Shown here one piece after another: positions 23,488 through 36,000 of a stretch of 64,000 nt of DNA. The stretch is from Macrostomum lignano. Lineage: Eukaryota. The translations under genes and the position numbers were made by a program. Under the pieces are notes generated by a model. It searched no databases, was not told the DNA's origin, and was given only the letters and a program-made list of their open reading frames with translations. Position 1 is the stretch's first letter. Each line of letters opens with the position of its first letter. The stretch is from the NCBI GenBank assembly GCA_002269645.1, contig NIVC01002546.1, positions 5,794 through 69,793 of the forward strand, in the 5' to 3' direction.

Positions 23488-25485
23488 AGTCAAATACTCG
23501 AGTGCAGGAATTATGCTGGGTTTAGCGAAAAAAACTGGGATAAAATGTTTTTGGCAATTAATAAATTTTCTAAGAACTGAGAATTGTTCATTTGATTTTT
23601 GTAAAGCGGTCTTTTATTATTTATATTATTGCTATTGCTGTTATTTTCTGTTTGAATTTTAACAACTCAGTAATCTTACTTTCCTCTCTGTTCCTAACAC
23701 CGATCTTTTCTGTTCTGAATTGCATGTTGTCTGTCCGTCAGGCTGGTAACAAGATTATTACCAGCTAATTAAAGAGGACAGACAACTTGGCAATTGAAAA
23801 TGCTTGCGCAAATTAACAAATTACAATATTATTTCCTAGTGAAATAGACATTTTTGTTATATTTTCTAACGATGTTTGAAAGGTCTCTATCGATAGTAAC
23901 AATATTTTATTAATTAGTTTGCACCGCTTCAGTCTTCTTTAATTTCTTTTGTTTATCTATATTAAGTTTCTTAAATTCAAATACCTGCTCCAGCGCTTTT
24001 TTTTGCGGACGTTTTGTTTAAACGTCACCCAATGTTACGAGGCCGCATTTTTTATTTGAAGCTATTTCTCTTTAAATGTTGTTTGTTTTAGTTTTTTACG
24101 AACTAATAATAATAAAGAACTTGATGAAGTTTCAATAGAGATTACTCATTCTGTGCTGTGCTCAACCAAACCAGTTATAGTGTATTGCTTCTTAAATTTA
24201 ATTTTTTTCTCTATAAAAAATCATTCTTTTTTTACCAAGTTAATTTTTCCAACACACGCGTATGCAGGTTCTGTGGCGCCAAAACTCGAGTATAAAAATG
24301 ACACTGAATTTGATTTTTTACCGAAGTCATCACGTGTGCACTGCCAGTTTGGTCGCGTAAAGATAATAATAGTAATCATATAATATTTGTATGTTATTAA
24401 AATCTCCCTTCAAATGCCTGAATTTTTTTTTGAAATATAAACTTAGAAGTTGAAATAACCACGCTAAATATCAGTTATAATTTTATTCTAAACATAAATA
24501 TATAACTGCCTTTTTCAGTCGGACTTTATTCAATTCTCTATAAAGATTGCGTCGGCTGCGGAATCGTGTCAGGAGAGTTGTCGTCGCACTTGCGCCGAAC
24601 TGGGAGAAATCGCATGATCAGTCTTATCTTAGTTGTACTAAAGACCTAAGTTCGCGTCCAGCCCCCCTCCCCCCCCCTGCTGATAAAGAGAGCTTGACTG
24701 CAACCACAGAAATTGAGACGCTTAAGACTTTTTCTTCTCAATACGGCCAGGGGGCAGGCGTTATTCACTTGTGCATTTATTTTTAGATGCCTTGGCAACT
24801 GAGAGAGAGGGTAAATTTGTATAAAGTTGATTCTGAATGCCATTTGGCCAATGGCCGTGCTAGCAGCAGCGGGCTTTGCACTTTGTACGCTACCGCACCC
24901 AGTGTGTAGCTAGTACGTATGTGCGTGGCGCCACTTTTTTAGAAGCAAGCAGCGAAGAGGGCAAAGCACTTTACCCTGTTGCATTGTGTGTGCGTGTGTT
25001 TGAACTGCGACCGCGCACTCTGAACTTTATACGCGCATTGCTGCGGGTTCAAGTCCTACAGAACTCTGGGAAACACCTGGCCATTATATGCAGCCAAATG
25101 CCGTTTTATGCTGAGCGTGCGGCAGTGTCTTTATCAGTTCATTTTTTTCTGGTTCATGGTTTTTGCTCCAAGGGACCCGCTAGTATCATATGCAGTTTCT
25201 AGCTAAGAGATACGACCGTATGGTATGTGTCGTGAAGTTTTTTATGACCTCTAATGCACTTGGACAGTTTTATTATATATTGTATATGCCTTGCTTATAT
25301 CACGATGGGGTTACATCTGCAGACTGAATAATATTGTCGTTAAAGATTCAATATAATACGAGAGTTAATTACAAAATGTTGTTCTGTCTGTTACTAAAAT
25401 CTGCTATAAACGCTGCTTGCTGTGTTGACATGTTTGGAGTAACGGGTTCTGTATTTATGTAGAGACACTGTTTGCGGCCTTCTAG

Positions 25486-26570
25486 GGCATTGTTGTGTGG
25501 CTCTCTGGGGCATTGTTGTGTGGCTCTCTGGGGCATTGTTGTGTGGCTCTCTGGGGCATTGTTGTGTGGCTTTCTGGGGCACTGTTTTGTGGCTCTGGGG
25601 CACTGTTTTGTGGCTCTCTGGGGCACTGTTTTGTGGCTCTCTGGGGCACTGTTTTGTGGCTCTCTGGGGCACTGTTTTGTGGCTCTCTAGGGTGATGCAC
25701 TGTTTTGTGGCTCTCTGGGGTGATGCACTGTTTTGTGGCTCTCTAGGGTGATGCACTGTTTTGTGGCTCTCTAGGGTGATGCACTGTTTTGTGGCTCTCT
25801 GGGGCACTGTTTTGTGGCTCTCTGGGGCACTGTTTTGTGGCTCTCTGGGGCACTGTTTTGTGGCTCTCTAGGGTGATGCACTGTTTTGTGGCTCTCTGGG
25901 GCACTGTTTTGTGGCTCTCTAGGGTGATGCACTGTTTTGTGGCTCTCTAGGGTGATGCACTGTTTTGTGGCTCTCTAAGGTGATGCACTGTTTTGTGGCT
26001 CTCTAGGGTGATGCACTGTTTTGTGGCTCTCTAGGGCACTGTTTTGTGGCTCTCTAGGGCACTGTTTTGTGGCTCTCTAGAGTGATGCACTGTTTTGTGG
26101 CTCTCTAGAGTGATGCACTGTTTTGTCGCTCTCTAGAGTGATGCACTGTTTTGTGGCTCTCTAGGGTGATGCACTGTTTTGTGGCTCTCTAGGGTGATGC
26201 ACTGTTTTGTGGCTCTCTAGGGTGATGCACTGTTTTGTGGCTCTCTAGGGCACTGTTTTGTGGCTCTCTAGGGCACTGTTTTGTGGCTCTCTAGAGTGAT
26301 GCACTGTTTTGTGGCTCTCTAGAGTGATGCACTGTTTTGTGGGTCTCTAGAGTGATGCACTGTTTTGTGGCTCTCTAGGGTGATGCACTGTTTTGTGGCT
26401 CTCTAGGGCACTGTTTTGTGGCTCTCTGGGGTGATGCACTGTTTTGTGGCTCTCTGGGGCACTGATTAGTGACTCTCTAGGGGTGATTAGTGACACTCTG
26501 GGGCACTGGTTAGTGACCCTCTGGGGGTGATTAGTGACACTCTGGGGCACTGTTTTGTGGCTCTCTGGGG
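25486..26570. repeat. 24/28-bp minisatellite (GCACTGTTTTGTGGCTCTCT[G/A]GG[G/GTGAT])
   Basis: About 40 tandem units with two length classes; explains the PQRATKQC-type ORFs. Confidence 0.95.
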
Positions 26571-27048
26571 CAGTTTGTGGCAGTTTGATTCGATTTTCAA
26601 CTGGACAGAATTCAATGCAATTCAAACACTTATTGATTACTTTAAGTAGAAAAGCAAAAATATTTTTCTTTTTTTTATTTCCAGAATGATGTTAAATTAA
26701 ATATTTGGGTAAAGTAATCATACAGAGGGGGGAACAATTGCATGTAGGGGCAGTTGGTTACCAGACTAATTAACAGCGATAATTCTTAATGAAATCAAAA
26801 TTACACCAAACAGAGAGGATTAAATCTAAATAGGATAGCAAAAAGAGATAATAGAATTCCGAATAAATATTGATTAGTCATTGGCATTGACTGTTTTGTT
26901 AAACTTTCACATGTGTTGTGTTGTAGTAGTGGCAAAATATATGTATATATCTGTTTATAAGTGTTGTCAAGTCAATATGCATCCAAAGTTATACAGTTGG
27001 TTAAAATATGTTTCACAAAATAACCATTGTCATAACAAAGCTTAGTCT

Positions 27049-30000
27049 TTAGGTTGCGATCTCATCCCCGACATCGGGGACGTGTTCATCCGTGCAATTA
27101 TCCTCAGCGTCCACGTAGTTTAGAGAGGACTCGTCCTGGTCTATCTGGAGCTTGCGCATTATCGCCTGCATAAAGGTCGGAGTTTGTTGGGATTGGAATT
27201 TCTTGGAGATTACATGCGTAAATTATTTCCATAGATAGAGCTTTCTAGTTGGGCAATTTCTATGGGCATTGGTGCTGTTGGGTGGGTGACTTCTATAGGG
27301 AGTGGGTGCTGTGGGCTGGGTGGGTGACTTCTATGGGCAGTGGGTGCTGAGGGGTAGGTGACTTCAATGGGAAGCGGGTGCTGAGGGGTGGGTGACTTGT
27401 GTGTGTTTTTTGGGTGGCGGAAGCTTAGACTATACCCTTAGTTTTGTGAAAGAACATTCCCAAACTTACCCCTAGCATAGCTTCGATCTTCACAGTTTTT
27501 GACTTCAACTCTTTCAGCTTGGTTTTCACCGTCACCATGGAGACGTCGGTGTCTTCCTGTTTCTTGTAGATTTTATCCCATTGATCCAGCTCGGGATCGA
27601 GAGCTCTGTTAAGCTGGTCTCGTGTGATCCAAATATTGTCGAACATCTTGGATATGAAGTAGGTTTTCTTGCTTCGATCCGGATTTGGATAATATATTTC
27701 GGATTTGATGACGAACTTCCTGGTCAGCACCATCGGTAGGATAGCTTCCACATCAAGGGCCAACTCGACCTGTTATTGGCATGGATGCTCTTTTAGTCAC
27801 TTGAAAATTATTTTCTATATAAATTTTCTCTGCCGCTATGCTTTGCAATTTACGTACGTTACAAATCATACTGCTCATCTTTCCACGAAATCAGTTTTTT
27901 CATATTTCATATTTCATACAATCAGAATTTTCCGAGCAGCTGTCATTTCTATGGTAGAGGCAGTGGTTCTTACTGATCGGAGTATCTGCTCAGCCTTGGA
28001 GAGCTATTATTTGTAGAAGCAAAGGGTTGTGGGCACCCTGGTGCACTTTAAGCGACATTGTCACACAACCGGCGAGAGGCATTACTGCCCATTCCGCCGA
28101 CTCCCCTGAGCAGGCACACAAGCGCGCGGATACGTACGCAGTCATACACACAGGCACACACTCACACAAGAGTGTACAGCGGCCCTAACTTGATTGATCG
28201 TTAGGCATGTACACTTCACTGTGCCTTGGGGGTTGACCTTCAAGAGCGTTTAATTGCACGAGCAGAGCGAAGCCGAGACTCCAATTTAGCTCCAGATTAT
28301 TGCGACTGCACTTGGAATCGAGCCTGGGCTGCTGGCGCATCAGAGCGCCGCGCCAGATCACTGGGCTTCGCCCCCCCCCGCCCTGCCTCGGAGTAGCTCG
28401 CATTTGCTCTAGTGGTATAAAATCCTCGCAAGAAAATGCTCACGTGCAATTTCTTGGTTTGCACTTTACAGGCCTGTGCAAATCTTTGTGTGCGAGCATG
28501 TTGTACAGTTTGACGTCGCTACCAGCTACTGTAATTGATGCACATTTGAAATCATCACCGAATACTAACGATCGCTCACCTGCATTGCCATCCGGTTAAG
28601 CGAAGCCTGCTCCTGCACCGCTTTGATGTCGTCGACTGCGAGACCGACCAGCAGGTTCATGATGATGATGCTCATGATGGCCAGGAAAAAAACAAACACG
28701 GCGTAAGTAGCGGCATTGTAAAATATTTGCTGGCTCGCGTTCAGCTTGTTGTCAGGCTCGTACTGGTTGTCGAACGTGTCCGCGTACTCAAATTCGCCGA
28801 TCATCATGACGGTGGTCTTGAGAATTGTCTTCCCCAAATTGTCGAACCCAATCTGGTTCTGCATCAGCAGGTAGAATGCGATGCTGAACGATAATATGAA
28901 CAAGAAAAAGACCAAAAAGAATCGAGAAAAGGTAAAGAAGATGTCCGTGAACATGACAACGTAGATGCCGAAGCGAGGCATCTTGCGGATGTACAGGACC
29001 AGGTTGAGCCAAGCAATCAGGATGCCCAGGGCTCCCGTGTTCCATTGCCAGTCCTGCAGAAGTAGAAAAGATTTTAATGTTTGATAGGAAAACTGCACAT
29101 TTTTCCACTAAATACTAATATGTTTAGTAGAGTTACATTTAAAGTTTTTTGTAACCAAAAAAAAAATCAAGCCAAGAGCGCACGTCTGCTTTTTCCACCC
29201 GTTTCAACCTTTTCAAGGTGGCATATCAGGTTGTAGCCTAGTACTCGCAGTTAGAGCGTCGGACTCTCACGATTCAAAGTTGAGGGTTCGATTCTCGACC
29301 CACTCGGAAAATCTGTCCCTGAGCTGCAAGCCGCTTAACTCTGCATTGCTTCAGTTCACCCAGCTGTAAAATGGGTGCCAGCATTAGCTGGGGTAATTGA
29401 GGGTGGGTGTGGCGACCCCCCTCCCAGTCCTTGGACTAAACAGCCGTACGCAGCCTTCAGATATGGCTGAGCTGTTGGTTGCACATCTGCCCATTACGGT
29501 ATTAGGGCAGGTGTAATAAAGAGGAGGCAAAAATACCAAGCGTTTAAATATTTGCATCGGCTGAGCCTGATTAGCGACTTTTTTAATCATGTGTGTGAAT
29601 AGCCTTCGTAACGTTCAACAATCTAATTTGGAATTTTGTTCCAATACTTGACCGCGCAGCCCTGTTGATTTTCACGTTCTTTGACTCTATTTAGAAAGTG
29701 GAAAACTCCTTTCTGGTGAACTTGGTAACTCTATATTCTCCAATTTCAATAACACCACTCAAAAACTATGTTCAGTGTATGCATGCTGTAACTTACAGTT
29801 CGAACGCCGCAGGTCCTCTGACAATCGCTCAGATCAATCACCGTGACAATGGCCAAACTGAAGATGCTCCAGTCCATCAGATTCTCCATGTTTATGTACT
29901 TCAGCCGGCTTATAAATACCTGGCTCACCTGTTTAATGTTTTAATTGTTAATTTCGATTCAATGCTAAAATTCATACGGAAACCGAATCCTAGATTTGGT

Positions 30001-33000
30001 CCTTGGTCTACCATTGGTGTACGAACCTCTTTGAGCAGAAACAAGCCTCCCAACCCGATCACAAGCCACATAGCCACAAAAGCCACTGCTGGCTTCGAAC
30101 AGCTGGACATTGCCTTCAACACCTGGTCGCATTCGTTCCCGCTCCACGGACTGACGTTGTAGGCCGAATAGAACGGTCCGTAGTACATGTAAGTCGGCTT
30201 CAGCACCAGCATGTAGGCGGTGAAAGCGGCGAGAAAGATGGCGTACAGTGACAGGTTGATGTAGTACACCCAGCGACCGTAGGAGGTCCACTTGTGACGC
30301 AGCAGAGCCGATACTAGCGGGTGCTTCAACAGAGTCTCGCGCTTCTTCCTGTTGATTACAAAAGAAAAATACGATGTGGTCACTAAATATATGGTCACTG
30401 AAAGCTTGCAAGACTTCTCTATGTTTCTCACTTGACCATCAGCATCAGTGGATGGTTCTTCTTCAACGAGCCTTTAACCGAACGAAACTTCAGATCCTTG
30501 CGCAGGTAGCCCTCTGTGTCGTAGATGTCTATATTCTGACTCAGTGCATCGCCGACCGTTGAGGCGCTGTCGGAGCCTCCACCGCCGCCACTACCGACAC
30601 TGCCTCCGCCGTTGCTGCCCCCATCCATCTGGTCAAATCCGAGAGCTGCGGCGTCTTTGCTGCGCAGCGGAGCCCAGCTGCTGTACATGTCGTCCAGGAA
30701 CTCGTAGTAGAACACAACCTTGTAGTTAGGGTCGTCCGGCGGTCGGCGCTGCTTGTTGTTCTCAACGCAGCGGTTAAAGACCTTCTCGGCCACTGCTGGC
30801 ATCTTGCGGATGAGCTTCCTGAGCGGCGTGTCCTTCTCGCCCTTCTCGCCGATTGTCTCGTTGCGCAGAGCCTCCTTCCATTGGTTGGAGTTGATCAGCG
30901 TCAGGGCGACCTTCTTGTGCCCGTGATCGATCGCGGCGTCCAAGCAGTTGCAGTTGTGCAGCGGACTCTTGATGTTGGAGTACTTGATGCGGTTGTCCAC
31001 CTGGTGGTTTAGTTTTGACTTTATTTTGTTAATGAAGAATAAAGACGAATTTAAGATTCTAAAGTTGGTGTTTGTTCTGGAATATTGATATAAAATGAAA
31101 GAGAATCATGGCAATGAGCTAGGTGAATGGCTATTACTCTCGTATATCTGCTAGCAATGAATGTGTCGTATATTTGTTTTTTACACTCTGATGACTGCAG
31201 ACGGCCTGGGAAGAAGTCTTATTTGCTAGACCTAAAGTTGGCATCCAATGCGTAGAGAGCCTCACCCTGGCACCGATTTTCAGCAGCAGCTCAACCATCT
31301 CCTGGTGCCCACCCTGACAGGCGAGGAAAAGCGGGGTGATGTTCGACTTGTCCGCCGGATCGATTGGCGAGTCGTTCTCCAACAGCACCTGGGCCACCTT
31401 GGTGAAGCCCTTGGACGCGGCGCAGTCCATCGCAGTCCAGCCGCGCGAGTTCCTGGCCTCAACGTCGGCTTTGCCCTCTTCGATGAGCACTTGGCAGATC
31501 TTGGAGTGGCCAGCCAGTGCCGCCAGGTGCAGCGGCGTGTTCGAATCTTCGTCCTCGTCGTGCGCCAGGTTGCGGCTGAGGCGTAGCAGGTGACGGACGA
31601 TGGGCACGTGGCCGGCTTTGGCGGCCAGATGAATTGGCGTCTCTTCGTCCTCGTTTTTGTCATCGTATTTGGCCTTGTAGCGCAGTAACAGCTCGACTAC
31701 GTCAAGATAGCCTGCGATTGTTTAGTAACACTCGTAGCTTTTCATTAGGCATTTGATCGCAAAGTTCAAATACTAGAGCGATTGTTGACTGTAAAAAACA
31801 AACCAATCAAACGTAAGAGTACATTTACGCTCGTACAAGGTTAAAATACGCGTAGCGCAGACAGGTGGATAATTTCTAAAAGCAGTACATGCTTCGATTA
31901 TCACGTATAGTGCAATCTGCTTTTAAATTAACCATGAACTAAGGAATGGATCTCGATCAGTTTCCCGTCCGCTAATTGAATTGATTGTGCCAATGAAGAA
32001 AGATACGAAGACAATAATATACACTCGTACAAAGCTCCTATCAATGTAGCTCCAATTGCGCATTGATTCATCAATGGCTATTTACGAGCTAGTCAATCAA
32101 AAGTAAATAGTCTTAAACAGCTATCTTATTAGCAGGTCGATGGCGTTCAATAAAATGAAGCATAGTAAGGCAAATTGCAGCGGCCTACCATTCTCGCAGG
32201 CAACGTGCAACGGCGTATTGTTGTTGACATCCGCTTCGTCAATGACGCGATTCTCAGTGACCACCGGATTGTCCAATAGAGCTTTAAGCACTTTGGTGTT
32301 GTGCCACTGGGCTGCCAGGTACAGGGCGGATCGATCCTGGCCGTCCGTGCACAGCGGATTGGCTCCTTTCTCCAGCAGGATCTGGACGCATCCGGGATCG
32401 TCCTGCTGGCAGCTGGCCAGAAGGAGGGGTGTGTTCTCCTCCCTATCTTTGGCGTCGATCACGGAGCTGTCAATTTCCAGCAGGTACTTCAGCAGGTCAT
32501 TCTGATTGAAGTTCGCCGCCTTGTGCAACGCCGTCTGTCGATCGGTGTCCAAAGCGTTTAGGCTGGCGCCGTGACGGATGAGCAGCTCAACCATGGCCGT
32601 GCTGCCAGTGCGAGCAGCGAGATGCAGCGGCGTCTCATGACCCGTGTTGCAAGCGTTCACGAAGGCACCTGAATGTCATTTTTGTAGTGATGAGATTTCA
32701 TTTTTCGATTTTATGCTGAACAGTAGAGGTTTTGCTTTTTCAATGCTTACCCTTCTTGAGCAGGACCTCCGCAACAACGATGCATTCATTCTGCACCGCG
32801 CTGTGCAGACAGGTGTTGTTTTCCATATCCTTGCGGTTGATGTACCGCTTCAGGAAGCCTTCGCCTTCGAGCTCGGCGGAGTGCAGCAAGTAGCTGCAGA
32901 TTTCTTCGTTACCTTCGGCACTGGCCAGGTGAAGAGCGGTGCAGCCGCTGTTCTCCACCATGTCTAGGTAGTCTTTGTCGTTCGTCTCCATCTCGAGGAG

Positions 33001-36000
33001 CATCTTCACAATGAGAACTTCGCTGTGTGCGCAGGCTAAATGAAGAGCTGTCATGTCTTCGTTGTCGGTTATCTGTGACGCGAGGGAAATATAAAAGTTC
33101 AAGTCACATATGAGAAAAAGTCTATAGGAGATTGCCTGCAAAATATTATCAAGATTAGGATGTGGTTCGTACAATGATATCTACGTTCTAAAGCATTAAA
33201 CGTGTGACGTCCAAGGTCACAGGTGTGGTCCAAGCTAAGTAGAAAAAACCTGTTTGACAAGCAGTAAAAACGAAAGTATAATTCACTTTTGGGCATTTTG
33301 AGATGTTAACAACCGACCCGACCAAACCGCTACTTAGAACTGTCGACCAGAAGCCAGGGAGGGAGCCCGAGAGAGGGACCCGAATGCAGTCCGAAGCTTT
33401 ACCCCCGGGTTCGATTTCATCGTCGCTTTATTTGACGCCGTGGAAAAGGTCGATGAGATCTTATAGTCAACTAAGATTTTGTCATTGTACTCAGTGTGCT
33501 AGGTAATTTTTACAGTTCCTGGGGGAAACTCCGGAAAAAAACTATGGGAAGATTTGGTCGCATAGGAAACGCGCTCACCCTCCAGATGGGCACTCGAGTG
33601 CTGTAGACGCATTCCACCCTGTCGGCGCTGATCACTCGTCCTTTCTGTCGCATCGACTCAAAGTGCAGTAGGCACCTGCTGGCCACGAGGTTGCCCTTCA
33701 TAGCGGCGTAGTGCAAAGGTGTGCAACCGTAGAAATCTTTTTGAGTAAAATCGGCTCCATGTCTCAGCAGGATGTAGACCGCGTCCCGTTCGTCCTACGA
33801 TGAAAAGTAGGGCCCAGCTAGATACAGCAACAGTTTGGCAAAGTTTCACATTAACTTAAAAATGATCCGTGCATTAACTTTATTACCGACTTTATCAAAG
33901 GCTGACACCGAAGCTTAAACAGCAAAATCAGTTTTTGATCATGAAAAGCACCATTTTTTGGATTTTATCGTGCACCTAATCATAATGCTGTTAAACTTTT
34001 CCACTAATTTTTAACGCGTTCCTTTGCAACTAAGAGTGCAATATCCTAAAAGTAGCCATAGCCGTTAGTGTTATCATGTTGAGAGATACCATGCAATATC
34101 AAGACAATAGATAGTTTATTCATTTCAATACCGCAAATTTAAGATAAGCATATTTAAACAAAGTTGCTCGAGGCAGTGTGATTATGTATTACTGCAGTTA
34201 CCATGCGTCAGGCGAATTTTTGTTTACTTTACTTCCATGTTTCGAATACACACGAAACATAGAAGCCGGAGGATGAGCATCACTACGGCTCGTATAGCGC
34301 ATGAATGACTTCACAGTTATGAAACATTCGCTACACTGGGATCAGAGCACTTACATCGCTTTCGGAATCGTATTCGGCGTTCGATTCCAAAACTGCTAAA
34401 TACTGCCAAATGGAACAGTAGATGTTTGCAAAGGTAATTGAATATTATGGATAGTGTGGAAGAGAAGCTAGCAAGGAAGGTTTTTTACATGTAGTAGCAG
34501 GTCATCGGGCATTGTAATCAGGCAACATGTTGATGTATATATGCGTTATGCGTTATGCGTTATACATCCATTCACATATATTGTATCTATCGGTCTTGTC
34601 TTTCTGTCTACGTGTCTTATGTCTGTCTGTCTGTCTTTGAATCTTTTCGATTAGAGACAGGGGCTGTGTGCACTCAGGTGCACTTTAAGCGACATTGTCA
34701 CATAACCGGCGAGAGGCATTGCTGCCCATTCTGCCGACTCCCCTGAGCAGGCACACAAGCGCGCGGATACGTACGCAGTCATACGCACAGGCACACACTC
34801 ACACAGGAGTGTACAGCGGCCCTAACTTGATTAATCGTTAGGCATGTACACCTCACTGTGCCTTGGGGGGTTGGCTCTCAAGGCTGTTAATTGCACGAGA
34901 AGAGCCAAGCCAAGATTCCAATTTAGCCTCAAATTAATGTGACTGCACTTGGAATCGAACCTGGGCTGCTGGCACACCAGAGCGCCGCGCTGGACCACTG
35001 TACTACGGCCCTCGTCTTAGGTTTGGATCTGTCGGTCTCTCTGTCTTATTATCTTAAAGTGTCTGTCTGTCTGTGTGTCTTTAAGTCTGTCGGTCGCTCT
35101 GCTTTATTATCTTAGTGTCTCTCTGCCATATGCCTGTATATCAGTAAATTAACGACAGCTATTACATAAAGTAACATCTAGGAAAAACTTTAAAGGAAAA
35201 TCGGTAAAGAATATAATTCACGTTCAGATCAAGTCAATTAACGATGGATTATAAGTGCATCGTATCGACTTTTGAGGAAACAAAAGACATCAAGCAGTGA
35301 AATCGGGTTCAACCAAAACAGAAGACATCGACTCAGCTTACCTGCGGCTTCAACGCAAGACTCTCCGACTCGTCTTCATTCTTCTAAAACGACAAGGTAA
35401 GGAGAGTAGGCTTTGTAAGCTTTAAAAAGCAGCAGTTCAACATTGTACAAAGCGACTGCGTGAACAAAAAACTATAGAATTAAAAATATGTGATAAACTG
35501 CAAGTACTTTGCCTATCAGCAAAGCGGGGGCACAAGTCGAACGCATTAAAGTTTACAACTCAAGGGATTCGTAAGCAACAATAATTGTTAATCATACAAA
35601 CAACAACAAAAACTTTATAAAACGGTATTTTAGGTCTAAACTGGACTGTATTTTGTATTGCTTGTATTTTTTTCAACTGCTGAACATTGGACCTTGTTCT
35701 GCTCACGGATTCAAATAGTTAGGATGGGCTAAATAAAGAATCAATTTAGTTATTTTAGTATCAATACATTGCAGCAGAGCCAGTCAAAAGCCGGTTACAT
35801 TTTAGTTGATCGTCACAAAAGGTCATCGCGGTATAACAAAAAACGTCCAAACAACTACAACAAAAGCTTACAGGTAGACATAGCATAAAATTGTAAATTG
35901 ACTTTATACCAGTTTTGCATTGGTCGATGCCTCAGCCTGTCTCGTACGCTGTTGAGTGTGAAGTTTTTGTTTTAATGATGAACCAAATATTTAACCTTCA

